From NCBI GenBank assembly GCA_963664325.2, contig CAXXDQ010000007.1, positions 864,001-928,000 on the forward strand: DNA of 64,000 nt, given 5' to 3'. The notes below the pieces were generated by a model that saw only the letters and a program-made list of their open reading frames with translations, was not told where the DNA came from and made no database searches. This document shows positions 51,612-61,371 of the stretch, piece by piece; the first letter of the stretch is position 1, and every line of letters begins with the position of its first letter. Source of the stretch: Desulfomonilia bacterium (GTDB lineage: Bacteria > Desulfobacterota > Desulfomonilia > UBA1062). A program made the position numbers and the translations under genes.

Positions 51612-52085
51612 TCATTGATCGCAGCTCATACCCCCCAGCAATTTCCAGCGGCCGCCTGTTTTCACCCATGTATGGGTTATCCGTGAGGATTGTGTCTTCG
51701 CTCCTGCGGCGTCACCGCAATCAACGTTGATGATGTATTGAGTCAATGCGACATCTCCCTGCACCCGGATGCCTTTCCGTTCGATCTTGAAAGTGCATGA
51801 AGAGGGTCCGGAAATCAACTGTTTCATGAAGCGGGCGCTTCCCTCCTTGTCAACCGGTTGCGGCACATTGCCCGGCCATCCGAGAAACCGGCTGTGTACA
51901 ATATCAAGAACCGCCTCGTAATCCGCCTTGTAGAGGTTTGTAAAGTAAGCCTCTTCCAGTGCCCAAATGTTTTCTTCCACCGCGTCCCCCCTGCTGACAG
52001 CACCCGATACCGCTGAATAAGCCTGTGGACAGGAGAAAAGAAAACCTGCCAGAAGGACCGCCAGCAGCAGGGCTGTGCTCTTCAT
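51612..52085 (-). CDS. Exported NTF2-like (DUF4440) protein
   Basis: Signal peptide; GDVA, RITHTWVK..GRWKL. Confidence 0.75.
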   Translation of the reverse strand: MKSTALLLAVLLAGFLFSCPQAYSAVSGAVSRGDAVEENIWALEEAYFTNLYKADYEAVLDIVHSRFLGWPGNVPQPVDKEGSARFMKQLISGPSSCTFKIERKGIRVQGDVALTQYIINVDCGDAAGAKTQSSRITHTWVKTGGRWKLLGGMSCDQ

Positions 52086-52166
52086 TGAAATGTCCCCGTC
52101 TTTCCCGGTTTTCCTGGCCCCTTCAATTAATCATCCCCTTGGTTTCCCTGGTCCCCCTGACCGTCC

Positions 52167-52487
52167 TCAATATGACATCAGGGCTATGCCTGCGACAACG
52201 ACTGCACCGCCGATCATGTTAATGAAACTTATTCTTTCACCGAAGATTATACTGGACAAGAGTATCATCAGGAATATGCATGCCCCGGAAAACACGGGAT
52301 ATGCAATGCTTAATTGTATGTCCTTGAGCGCTTTCGTGAAGAACAGCACGTTGATTCCTCCAAGGACCAGCCCGATTGCGAATATCACGAACCAGAGAAC
52401 GCTGCTTTGCCTGCTTGAAATGCTCTTGTACAAGAGGTAGGATATAACGTTGAAAGCAACCGACAGGAACAAGTAAACATATCTCAT
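52167..52487 (-). CDS. SMR/DMT family small transporter
   Basis: Four TM helices, LSIAYP, FGE. Confidence 0.82.
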   Translation of the reverse strand: MRYVYLFLSVAFNVISYLLYKSISSRQSSVLWFVIFAIGLVLGGINVLFFTKALKDIQLSIAYPVFSGACIFLMILLSSIIFGERISFINMIGGAVVVAGIALMSY

Positions 52488-52627
52488 TTTACGCCCTCCG
52501 CATGTTTGCATGAAAGACCGCATCCAGACATTCAACAGGTTCTGTCGAATGCAGCGGCCCGGCCCCTGTTGCCTGCTTCAGATCGCAAGGTCATGTGCGT
52601 CCCGGTTCCGTATCAGGCCGGGGCTCT

Positions 52628-53569
52628 CTATTTTCTGCCGTGCTCCCTGTTCCAGATATCTGTCAGTTTCCTGGCCTCGGCAATCTGGGCGGCCGTCATC
52701 TGTCTGGCAAGGGCATCCCTGTTTTTTGCTGCGCTGCTGTTCCCGTTTGCAGCGCACAGGCTGAACCATTTATAGGCCTGGACATTATCCTGCGGCACAC
52801 CCTGCCCGTTGCTGTACAAGAAGGCAAGGGTGCACTGAGCCCTGGCCACTCCCTGTTCGGCCGCCTTCGTGTACCATTTAACGGCCTCTGCATAATTCTG
52901 CGGTACCCCCTGCCCCAGGTCATACATGAAAGCGAGATCGAGCTGGGCTTCGGCATCTCCGTGTTCAGCCGCTTTTGTATACCATTTCACGGCCTCTTCA
53001 TAACTCTGCGTAACGCCCTGTCCGTTTTCGTACATAAGCCCGAGGCTCAGCTGAGCAGTGACATTCCCCTGTTCCGCCGCTCTTGTGTAAAGTTTCAGGG
53101 CCTCCGCATAATTCTGCTTCACGCCCTTCCCGCTTGCATAGAGGGCGGCAAGATGATTCTGGGCCGGGACATGCCCTTGAGCAGCCGCTTTTGAAAACCA
53201 CTTGAAGGCCTCTTCGTAATTCCGGGGTACCCCGTCTCCCGTTTCATACTTGAGAGCGAGATAATACTGCGCTGATGAAAGACCCTGTTCAGCGGCCTTT
53301 ATAAACCACACAACCGCATCATCGGAACCTGACGGCGCCACTTTTCCCGTATCATACATGAGTGCGACATAGAACTGGGCCCTGGCATCCCCCTTCTCTG
53401 CCAGAGGCTTTGCCATCTTGAAAGCACTGGCGTAATCCTGCTTTTCATAAGCCTCCAGATATGAGGAATATTTCACGGGTGTTTTTGATTTTCCGGTCTT
53501 GCTCTCAGGACAAGCAACCCCCGGGAGCACAAAAAATGCTACCAATAAAATACAAACCGCCCTTTTCAT
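52628..53569 (-). CDS. Sel1-repeat exported protein
   Basis: About six AQ..L..Y..G.GV.QNY.EA.KW..AAEQG repeats. Confidence 0.92.
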   Translation of the reverse strand: MKRAVCILLVAFFVLPGVACPESKTGKSKTPVKYSSYLEAYEKQDYASAFKMAKPLAEKGDARAQFYVALMYDTGKVAPSGSDDAVVWFIKAAEQGLSSAQYYLALKYETGDGVPRNYEEAFKWFSKAAAQGHVPAQNHLAALYASGKGVKQNYAEALKLYTRAAEQGNVTAQLSLGLMYENGQGVTQSYEEAVKWYTKAAEHGDAEAQLDLAFMYDLGQGVPQNYAEAVKWYTKAAEQGVARAQCTLAFLYSNGQGVPQDNVQAYKWFSLCAANGNSSAAKNRDALARQMTAAQIAEARKLTDIWNREHGRK

Positions 53570-53708
53570 CCGTTTAATCTCCTTATATCCATTGATATGA
53601 ATCCGGGCCTTTCAAAACCCTTTTTACCCAGTTTTGCTTTTTTATCCGCCAGAATCAAATGTTTTAATGCTTTCCTTTTTTCATCGAGGTCATGTTCAAT
53701 GCCTGTCC

Positions 53709-54776
53709 TCATACAACTCCCCTTTTGCGCGCCAGGGTAAGCATCTGCTCAAGTGAATTCGTGGGCGGTAATTTTCTCTTTTCTTCAGACTTGCCCGTAA
53801 GGAGAATCGCTTCACCCGGGCAGGTTGGAACGCAAAGCCCGCAGCCTATGCACCTGTCATGATCGATGACGGCCATACCGTCATTATCAATTGAGATCGC
53901 GTCCATCTGGCACCTCTCCAGACAGATACCGCAGCCGGTGCAGTTTTCAGCATCAACAAAAGCCTGATAATTGGAGTAGACCAGATCGGCGGGTTTAGGG
54001 TCAAGCTTTATCGCCCTTAATACCCCGCAGCAGTCGCCGCAGCAGTTGCACATGCCCCCCGGATTCTGCGAAGTCGCCGGCTGGGTGACAAGGCCGGCCT
54101 TTTGCGCATTTGTGAGGATTGCAAGCGCTTCATCATAGGAAATCTTTCTGCCCATCTTATTGTCCAGATAGTATCTGGCCATGGAACCGAACATGAAGCA
54201 TACCTCGACGGGTTTATCGCACGCTTCATCAATCGCCTCCCTGCTTTTTCTGCAGATGCAATCGGATACCACGATCGGCTCGGCGTTTTTCAGAATCGCG
54301 CAGGCGTCGTCAAATGAGGCTATTTGCATGGAGCTTCCGACGGATTCCCTGACCGGTACTGTCCGCAAAAAAAGTCCGGCGCAATCGGCAATCGCTTTCT
54401 GAAAACCTTCTTTGAAATATTTTTCCAGGGCGATCACCTTGTCCCTGCTGAGATTATTGACCTGAAACTCCATCAGCCCGTGCATAAAAGGGATGGCGCC
54501 GTATTTGACATCATCACCCTTCCTCAGTCTGAATAGCAGCCCCTTTGCGGCCATATCCTCCAGCCTGGCTGATATTTCTTCCCTGTCCAGCCCCAGCCTT
54601 GCAGAAACCGATTCGGGAGATTCCAGTTGAGGAGTCATATTTGTAAACAGAGCCGCTTCTTTTTCGGTGAACAGTTTTTTTAATATATCTATTTCAATAC
54701 CGGAGACGGTTGCGGGAAAACCCACCGAATATGTATCAAGCTGTTTCTGCAGTTTTCTGTAGAGCCCTTCTTCCAT
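53709..54776 (-). CDS. 4Fe-4S dicluster domain protein
   Basis: CICR, CNCCGDCC and two CxxCxxCxxxC motifs. Confidence 0.88.
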   Translation of the reverse strand: MEEGLYRKLQKQLDTYSVGFPATVSGIEIDILKKLFTEKEAALFTNMTPQLESPESVSARLGLDREEISARLEDMAAKGLLFRLRKGDDVKYGAIPFMHGLMEFQVNNLSRDKVIALEKYFKEGFQKAIADCAGLFLRTVPVRESVGSSMQIASFDDACAILKNAEPIVVSDCICRKSREAIDEACDKPVEVCFMFGSMARYYLDNKMGRKISYDEALAILTNAQKAGLVTQPATSQNPGGMCNCCGDCCGVLRAIKLDPKPADLVYSNYQAFVDAENCTGCGICLERCQMDAISIDNDGMAVIDHDRCIGCGLCVPTCPGEAILLTGKSEEKRKLPPTNSLEQMLTLARKRGVV

Positions 54777-54926
54777 AACCGTCTCCTTGTTTAAATATAT
54801 TCCGCTTTTCAATTTTTTAATTCAACCAGACTTGCCAATATCTATCAACCCTGAATATCCATTATGAAAGTATTCAAGAATGTAAACGGGTTGCAGCCCT
54901 TCAGTCAATATCGTTCATATTTTACC

Positions 54927-54978
54927 CGGCTGCGTCTCAACACTACACCAGCAAATGTTGATTGTTGAGCCTGACCCT
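54927..54978. repeat. REP-like inverted repeat pair (degenerate GGGGTC..GTCTCAACA family)
   Basis: GGCTGCGTCTCAACA ... TGTTGAGCCTGACCC. Confidence 0.55.
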
Positions 54979-55231
54979 TCTCCAGTTTGCACTATAATCC
55001 CGAAAGGCATTCAGATAAAGTCTTTCCGCTAATATGAACAGAAGCCGGCAGGCGGGTCCTGTGCCGCATGCCGTTTCCTCCGCGCATGCCCGTACGGCGA
55101 CAGCGTTGACATTGGAATTGACGTCCTGTAGGTTCTTTTGAGAAGCACAACCATACATCAGCCAGGCAAGGTGATTTTACCTGCCAGGACCGGACGGTCA
55201 TCAAGGCACAATATCTGAAAGGAGATGCGGT

Positions 55232-55489
55232 ATGGCAAAGCGTATAATTCTTGGCGTTCAGGTAACCAACAGGACAAAAAATGTCGCCGATGTTCAGAAG
55301 ATTCTGACGGAGTACGGCTGCAACATCAAGACACGCCTGGGAATGCATGATGTCGATGCAAATTCCTGTTCGCCGTCAGGCCTCCTAATACTGGAGACAT
55401 TCGGGGACGAGAAAACCATACTGGAGATGGAATCCAAGTTACAGGGAATCAGCGGACTCATAGTAAAAAAGATGGAGTTCGAACTATAG
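55232..55489 (+). CDS. Small ACT-like protein (TM1266-related)
   Basis: RBS AAGGAG; VQKILTEYGCNIKTRLGMH. Confidence 0.7.
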   Translation: MAKRIILGVQVTNRTKNVADVQKILTEYGCNIKTRLGMHDVDANSCSPSGLLILETFGDEKTILEMESKLQGISGLIVKKMEFEL

Positions 55490-55535
55490 GACGGATTCTC
55501 CAGATTCAAGAAGTCAATGATTCAAAGTATTCTAC

Positions 55536-55635
55536 GGGGTCGCGTCTCAACATTCTTCCGGCACATCTCAATTGCTGCGACCTGACTCTTTTACTCATCT
55601 CCAGGGCAACAGGCTCTTGAGACCTGTCCCCTTTA
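55536..55635. repeat. REP-like inverted repeats
   Basis: GGGGTCGCGTCTCAACATT; AATTGCTGCGACCTGACTC; TTGAGACCTGTCCCC. Confidence 0.65.
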
Positions 55636-55682
55636 CTGCTCGTGACCACTTTTTTATGCTTTGATGGATATTCCGATGGAAG

Positions 55683-56672
55683 TCAGGGCGTGAAATTTTC
55701 GGAATGGGAAGAGCCTGCCTTCGAGATAGTGGCCGTTCCCGTAATTCCGATAACGGTCGCAGTGAAGCGATGGACGACATCTCGTTTGAACACCACCGAA
55801 CGTCCCTGGGGGTTCTTCACGCGGTAGGCCCATTGAATAATCCAGGTGAAGGTGCCCGGCGCGCATTCCTTTCCGAAGGTATTGCTCACGGTATCCGTTT
55901 GCTGAATGTAGTTCTTCCGGCCCTGATACTCCTTCTGAATGCCCATCCAGGTGTTCGGATTGCCTCCGTGGCGCGTTATATCCAGCCGGTTATTTTGAAA
56001 TCCCCATTTGGGAACGTTCATCATTTTTCCGGTGAAGGAAGCGGCTTCACCCCCCGGCTCCTGCCATTCGATTCCTGCAAATGAGACATCGCTTGGCGTC
56101 AGCCAATAATCCAGTTCCATGGAGGAGGACACCAGGCCGGGGCCGCCCCGGTTTGGAGTTGCCTTGATCGCACTCACCACTCCCTGAGGTTCAACAACCG
56201 GAATGGCGATGTTATCCGCCACGATCCGCCCTGAAAGGCCGCTGCCGACTCCCACCACTTTCAACTTGACCCCTGCTTTGTCGGTGGCAACAGCTGTCAT
56301 GGTCCCGGCCGCTTTATCCACTGCCATCCTCGAAGCGCCGGAGATCACCTGCCACTCCAGGCCCCCGAGATCGGTGATGGTTACGCCGGGGACCAGGATA
56401 ACTGCTTTCACAGTAAACTTCTCGCCGATTCCCAGCTTGTTGGTCGCATGACCGATGAAATCGTAAGCCGGATCCGGTTTAATGATGAGGCTGATGTTGG
56501 TTTCGATGCGTTTCGCCGAGTCCCAGAAGGCCTGCTGCTTCGCTGTGAGGGGGCCGAAGCTGGGCCTGACGGTCTTGGGGCCGGATGCTTGCTGCAGTGC
56601 GGCGAATTTCGCTTTGGCCTGGATATAGGTGTCTGCTTCGATCCAGGTTCCGTTGATGTCGAATTTCGGCAT
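55683..56672 (-). CDS. Hypothetical beta-rich protein
   Basis: 329-aa ORF with RBS AGGAGG; no family recognised. Confidence 0.75.
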   Translation of the reverse strand: MPKFDINGTWIEADTYIQAKAKFAALQQASGPKTVRPSFGPLTAKQQAFWDSAKRIETNISLIIKPDPAYDFIGHATNKLGIGEKFTVKAVILVPGVTITDLGGLEWQVISGASRMAVDKAAGTMTAVATDKAGVKLKVVGVGSGLSGRIVADNIAIPVVEPQGVVSAIKATPNRGGPGLVSSSMELDYWLTPSDVSFAGIEWQEPGGEAASFTGKMMNVPKWGFQNNRLDITRHGGNPNTWMGIQKEYQGRKNYIQQTDTVSNTFGKECAPGTFTWIIQWAYRVKNPQGRSVVFKRDVVHRFTATVIGITGTATISKAGSSHSENFTP

Positions 56673-57076
56673 AGAGGACCTCCTGTTTCTGGCTAGGCTG
56701 TAAAGCGTTTGCTATTGGTCTGACGTGCAGCAAATATTGCAGACGGAAAAGGAAATAAGCATTTCGCATGATTTGCAGAAGTCATATGGGATGTCAAATA
56801 TCACCTCCATTTGATAAGAATTTACTTTTTAGAATAAAAGGATGTTATCTTCACGTTTCGTAATTGTCTATGGAAATGTTCAGCAATTTTCGAAGTTCCG
56901 GTTAGAGCAGGAAACTGACTTGCGCGCAGACCGCCGGCTTTTCCAACGTCCGTGTCAGGCCTTTATTCTTTATGTTTTACCTAAATTCTCAAGAATGAAC
57001 GTTCGTCCATCACTAAATACACCGAATCATTCACCCACCTTCAATGGATTGCATTTCAGAACCAACAGATTTTGGC

Positions 57077-57138
57077 AAATGTTGCGACTTGACCCCCTAG
57101 TTATTCCTAGCAAATGTCAATTGTTGAGACCTGACCCC
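57077..57138. repeat. Two tandem REP-like units
   Basis: AAATGTTGCGACTTGACCCC and AATTGTTGAGACCTGACCCC. Confidence 0.65.
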
Positions 57139-57163
57139 GTTTAGACATTTTGTTCCCTTTGAT

Positions 57164-58285
57164 TTATTTCGGCAGGCGCATCCATCCGGGCACCGCCGGG
57201 CTGAGAAGCCACAGGAATCGCTGGTCCATGTGGGCCTGGAGCCTTAAGACCGCAGGGATAATCATGCGGGGCCCCCAGGGATGTGTGGCCCACAGCAGCC
57301 GCCGCGTCAGGTAGCCGAGCCTCCACCACCGGTTCATGCGGCTGAATTCCGCGATTGACTGTTCGCGGTCATGCACGGCCATGGCTGCGATCCTGCCTGA
57401 GACGAATGCCCCATGCACCCCGAGGACCATGGTGGGGTCCTGCATGCCGGAAAGCGTCCCGGCCAGGATGAGATCTCCGGCAAACAGCCGTGGATTGGAA
57501 AAGGATCCAGTGGGTGTGCCTGCCAGGTTCTCGATCGCCTGCCAATGGGGAAACTCAATGCCCTCATCCTCTTTGAGCTGTTTCGGAAACCACTCCATAG
57601 CCGCGGCCGAAAGAGGCTTGCCCCGCTGAAACAGAACTGCGGCTCCGGTGCCATTGGCAGTTGCGTAGTAGGCATAGTCGTGCGTGTGTTCGTTGTAATA
57701 GGCGATGCAAAACGGGCTGCGGCCATCAGGTGCAGGCCCTCCGGCGAAAAGTCCATATGCCCGGGTGTATGGGATATTAAGGGCATCGAATGCTTCCCGG
57801 AACATGCCTGTGGCCACTATGGAGCCGTGCGGAAGAGCGCTGAAGTCCTTGCGCGTGAGTATCGGTGTATTGAAAGAAAAGCGCACCCCGCAATCCGTCG
57901 CCAGACGGAAAAGGTGCATATCGATTGATGACGGGCGAGACCCGCGCTCGACCATCTTCATGTGGACATTGGAGGGTATCGGGAGGTCGATTATTTTGCT
58001 GAACGCCCGAAAGCGCAGGCTCGGCAGGGGATTGTAAAAAGGCCCATGCGGGGAACCCTCCGCAGGGGTGAGGGGAAACCCCAGATACCTGCTCATGGCG
58101 TCGATGTCCAGCGGGGTCATGTCTGCGAAGTTAAGCTCGTTACCGCTGGCTGATGAAGCCTGGAGCGAGGCGCCGCCGATGGCATCCTTCTGCTCCAGTA
58201 CGGTAACGTCATACCCCTCGCGAACCAGAATGATGGCCGCAGCCAAGCCCGAAAGACCTGCACCAACTATGGTTACTTGTTTCAT
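57164..58285 (-). CDS. FAD/NAD(P)-dependent oxidoreductase (geranylgeranyl reductase-like)
   Basis: IVGAGLSG dinucleotide fold, ATG motif, AGTLSGMQDP...GVHGAFVSG. Confidence 0.82.
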   Translation of the reverse strand: MKQVTIVGAGLSGLAAAIILVREGYDVTVLEQKDAIGGASLQASSASGNELNFADMTPLDIDAMSRYLGFPLTPAEGSPHGPFYNPLPSLRFRAFSKIIDLPIPSNVHMKMVERGSRPSSIDMHLFRLATDCGVRFSFNTPILTRKDFSALPHGSIVATGMFREAFDALNIPYTRAYGLFAGGPAPDGRSPFCIAYYNEHTHDYAYYATANGTGAAVLFQRGKPLSAAAMEWFPKQLKEDEGIEFPHWQAIENLAGTPTGSFSNPRLFAGDLILAGTLSGMQDPTMVLGVHGAFVSGRIAAMAVHDREQSIAEFSRMNRWWRLGYLTRRLLWATHPWGPRMIIPAVLRLQAHMDQRFLWLLSPAVPGWMRLPK

Positions 58286-58318
58286 AACTCCTCCTTGGAG
58301 ATAAATAGGAGATAAATA

Positions 58319-58337
58319 GGGGTCGCGTCTCAACATT
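58319..58337 (+). repeat. REP-like unit identical to 55536-55554
   Basis: GGGGTCGCGTCTCAACATT, preceded by tandem GGAGATAAATA. Confidence 0.7.
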
Positions 58338-58382
58338 CAACAAATTGTTTATTACAACTATTGCAACTACCGGTCATTAGCT

Positions 58383-58505
58383 GCAGGGCGTCAGAACGAT
58401 GCAGACCTAGGAGCGACGAAGCGAAAATGCGAGGTGTACTTTTACGTACTCCGCAGCGTTTCCGCGAGGAGCGACAACGGTATGCGAAGTTATCACGCCC
58501 TGCTA
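58383..58505. mobile_element. MITE-like palindromic element (~120 bp)
   Basis: Ends GCAGGGCGTCAGAAC and GTTATCACGCCCTGC form inverted repeats; central GTAC...GTAC hairpin. Confidence 0.5.
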
Positions 58506-59510
58506 CATTTTCTCGCGGATGATGATGCACTTATCATCCGCGGCCCCACCTTCAGCCTGCACCATCCACGTCGTCTGTCCTATATGATACCCCATACCCA
58601 GGCCCAAGGGCGGGACCTCTTCCTTTTTGAGGATAATCTTCAAATCATATTCATACTCGATGCCTGCGGCATAGCGCACCATCGCCTTTACGGGTTCGGT
58701 CATGTCGCCGTCCGGCATGAACCTCAGAAACTCATCATAGCCCATGGGCCCGATGTTCACCCTGAATCCGGCCTGCATGTCCGTCACCTCGGAACCCACG
58801 ACCGTATCGACACCGAGCGCCGAGTTCGCAAGCCCCAGGCTGGTCATGTCCTCCGGGGTCAGCTTTATGCTGCGCTCCCGGAACTGGTCCAGGCTGACCC
58901 CAGTGCCCGTCATGCCGGATATCACGGCTTCCAGGGAAGCGGCAGTCGGCATGGGCCTTGAAAGCTGGCCGGTATGGAATAGAAACCTTCCGGCAGGCAG
59001 GCCCGACATCTCGATTAGCCATTTGGAGCCCAGCCCTGTCAGACTCAAGAGCATAGCGCTCAGCCTGCCGCCATGCTCTTCGGCATAGTTCTCAGCAAAC
59101 CGGCCCCTCTTCCAGGCCAGGTAAAAGAGCGCGATCAGCCTGTGGTGGAAGATATCGAGAAAGGAGGTGAGGCTGAAGTCCTTCTCGCGGTTCCGGTTGA
59201 GCGCCAGCTCGTTGTACCAGTAAGGCAGGACGCCCGAAGGCCCGAGAGCGCCCATGAACGCAACCGACATCACAGGCGGACCGTCAGCGGTTTTTTCGAG
59301 CGAAACTATTTCCGCCTGGGGAAATGAAAAGCCCGGCTTGACCGAGAACCTGACCGGCTCTCTGGCAGGCTCGAGCGTAACGCCCAGGTGTCCCTCATCA
59401 GGACTGAGCCCCTCCAGCAGACCTACGGCCTTGAAAAACGAAAAGGACTGCGGCTCTGCGAAAAGCCTTTCGGTTACAGTAGTATTCTGCTTCCGTTTCT
59501 TGGCGGCCAT
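58503..59510 (-). CDS. tssG: Type VI secretion baseplate subunit TssG
   Basis: FSFFKAV, FMGALGPSGVLP, FLDIFHHRL; overlaps tssF. Confidence 0.93.
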   Translation of the reverse strand: MAAKKRKQNTTVTERLFAEPQSFSFFKAVGLLEGLSPDEGHLGVTLEPAREPVRFSVKPGFSFPQAEIVSLEKTADGPPVMSVAFMGALGPSGVLPYWYNELALNRNREKDFSLTSFLDIFHHRLIALFYLAWKRGRFAENYAEEHGGRLSAMLLSLTGLGSKWLIEMSGLPAGRFLFHTGQLSRPMPTAASLEAVISGMTGTGVSLDQFRERSIKLTPEDMTSLGLANSALGVDTVVGSEVTDMQAGFRVNIGPMGYDEFLRFMPDGDMTEPVKAMVRYAAGIEYEYDLKIILKKEEVPPLGLGMGYHIGQTTWMVQAEGGAADDKCIIIREKM

Positions 59511-61267
59511 TTTTTCAAAGGCTCCTTTTTCTGCACCGTCCTCGCCTCGAGCTGGACGAACGAGTTTATGGAAACGTACTGCGACAGGAAGGCCTCAAGG
59601 ATGGAGGCGAACAGATACAGCCCCGCGCCGACGAACTTGTCCTCGTCAAAGGTGATGCTCGTCCGTATTCCGCGGATGAACGAGACCCCTATCCTTTTCG
59701 TGACATGATCGGTCGAGACTCTGGTAATGCCCGATATCTGCTGGCCGGTCGACGGCGAGTTGTCGAAGTCGTAGAGTTTGAGTATCTCCTTCAGCGCCTC
59801 TTCGCCCCCGCCCACGAGCGAGAGATAGTTGAGCGAGAGGTGCGAGATGAGCTTCCACTGGAGACTCCCGCCGAGTGACGGCCTCCTGCACGGGGTCGGC
59901 TTGATGAGACTCGTGATCTTCGAAAAGGGCCCGGCGGTGTCAAGGTCGAAATCGCCCTGGGAATCGCCGAACGAGAGCCTTGCGGGCAGGTCCCTGTTCG
60001 TGCATGTCACATGCAGGGTCACCGTTTCAACGCCGGGGTCGGCCGGGGTGAGAGAGGCGTCGGTGAAAGAGAGGTATACTTCGGTGCCCGAATCCCCCTT
60101 TTTGCCTGAAGGAAGCCTCTTTATATTCCAGAAGACCTTCCGCCCTTCCTCCTCGTCGCCCGGGTGCCTGAGCGAGAATATGGGCCTGTAATCCACCACC
60201 TTGCCGCCCGAAAGGCTTGATACCACGCTGTCCACGGTAAACACCTCGGTCGTGTTCTGGCGCCTGATGTCGGGTATGATCCTGTAGTCGCTCAGCCTGT
60301 GCTCGATCCTTACGGGTTCGGCCACCCTTTTGAATATGTTTACCGCGGGCGTTACATTCAGGCAGAAGGTCTCGGCGTTCATCACGAGGTTCTGCTTGGC
60401 CGGTCTGTCAAGGTATATCCATATGTCAAGGGTCTCCGTGAGCTCATAATCCCTGAGCCTGCCGAGCCCGGTTATGTCGAAGAACAGGAACTTTTCCGGG
60501 AAACAGAAATATTCGAAAAGGAGCAGGTAGCCGGGGAATGAACGCGACGAATAGGGCAGCAGGTTTTCTTCCGCGGTAAATCCGACGGGCTTTATGTCGC
60601 CGGGCGAAAGCCGGATATTAACACTCTGCCCCTGTTTGGTCCTGGCCTCGAGCTCGATATGGCAGACGTTGTTCATGAGCAGTTCGTAAAGGTGAAAGAC
60701 ATGCTGGTGCTGCGCATTCAGGAAAAACCTGAGGCTCTCCCATCCGAGCTGCGACACCGGCAGGCTGTTGGATGTATTAAGCTGAATCTGTATGGCCTGC
60801 TGGGCGTTCCTGATGCTGAGCCTGGGGGTTTTGAGCGAGGCGGATGCGACCTCGACCGGCCATGCGGTAACCGGATATGACGTCGAAAACTGGCAGGCGG
60901 TCCCGCTGAGAGGCCTGGAATAAAGCGTCGTGCCTTTTTCAATATTGAAGCCCGAGGCCGGAATGTTCTGTCTGATCGGCTCGAACCTGACAATAGTCAT
61001 CGCGGGGATCGGGTTTATGTAATGGGGATATATGATGCTTAAAAGGGATTCGGTTATCTCGGGGAATTCATCGTCGATCTTCTTGTGGACCCGGGCCGAG
61101 AGAAACGCAAACGCCTCGATCAGTCGCTCGGTGTGGGGATCTTCACACTTGTCGGGCTCAAGCTGGAGCCGCCCAGCGATCTTGGGATATTTGCGGGCGA
61201 ATTCGGCCCCCATCTGGCGTATAAACGTCAGTTCCTTTTCATAGTAACTTAAAAGTTCATCGTCCAT
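59474..61267 (-). CDS. tssF: Type VI secretion baseplate subunit TssF
   Basis: YYEKEL..., DPHTERLIEAFA, FCFPEKF, WKLISHLSLN, SINSF, WPPRNG. Confidence 0.96.
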   Translation of the reverse strand: MDDELLSYYEKELTFIRQMGAEFARKYPKIAGRLQLEPDKCEDPHTERLIEAFAFLSARVHKKIDDEFPEITESLLSIIYPHYINPIPAMTIVRFEPIRQNIPASGFNIEKGTTLYSRPLSGTACQFSTSYPVTAWPVEVASASLKTPRLSIRNAQQAIQIQLNTSNSLPVSQLGWESLRFFLNAQHQHVFHLYELLMNNVCHIELEARTKQGQSVNIRLSPGDIKPVGFTAEENLLPYSSRSFPGYLLLFEYFCFPEKFLFFDITGLGRLRDYELTETLDIWIYLDRPAKQNLVMNAETFCLNVTPAVNIFKRVAEPVRIEHRLSDYRIIPDIRRQNTTEVFTVDSVVSSLSGGKVVDYRPIFSLRHPGDEEEGRKVFWNIKRLPSGKKGDSGTEVYLSFTDASLTPADPGVETVTLHVTCTNRDLPARLSFGDSQGDFDLDTAGPFSKITSLIKPTPCRRPSLGGSLQWKLISHLSLNYLSLVGGGEEALKEILKLYDFDNSPSTGQQISGITRVSTDHVTKRIGVSFIRGIRTSITFDEDKFVGAGLYLFASILEAFLSQYVSINSFVQLEARTVQKKEPLKKWPPRNGSRILL

Positions 61268-61274
61268 AATGACT

Positions 61275-61304
61275 AGTGGTGAGTGATGAGTGGTGAGTGG
61301 TGAG
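61275..61304 (+). repeat. Heptamer tandem array (AGTGGTG)n
   Basis: AGTGGTG AGTGATG AGTGGTG AGTGGTG AG. Confidence 0.9.
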
Positions 61305-61371
61305 CAAGAATTTATCTAACATAATTCCTCCCTGGTCGGATGAACCTTTATTACCTGTTTACAGGCCTTTT

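Noticed and set aside
54990-55225. GC-rich leader of the ACT-like gene as a riboswitch, 6S or SRP RNA
   Set aside because: No conserved motif that I can match; an Rfam covariance search is needed.
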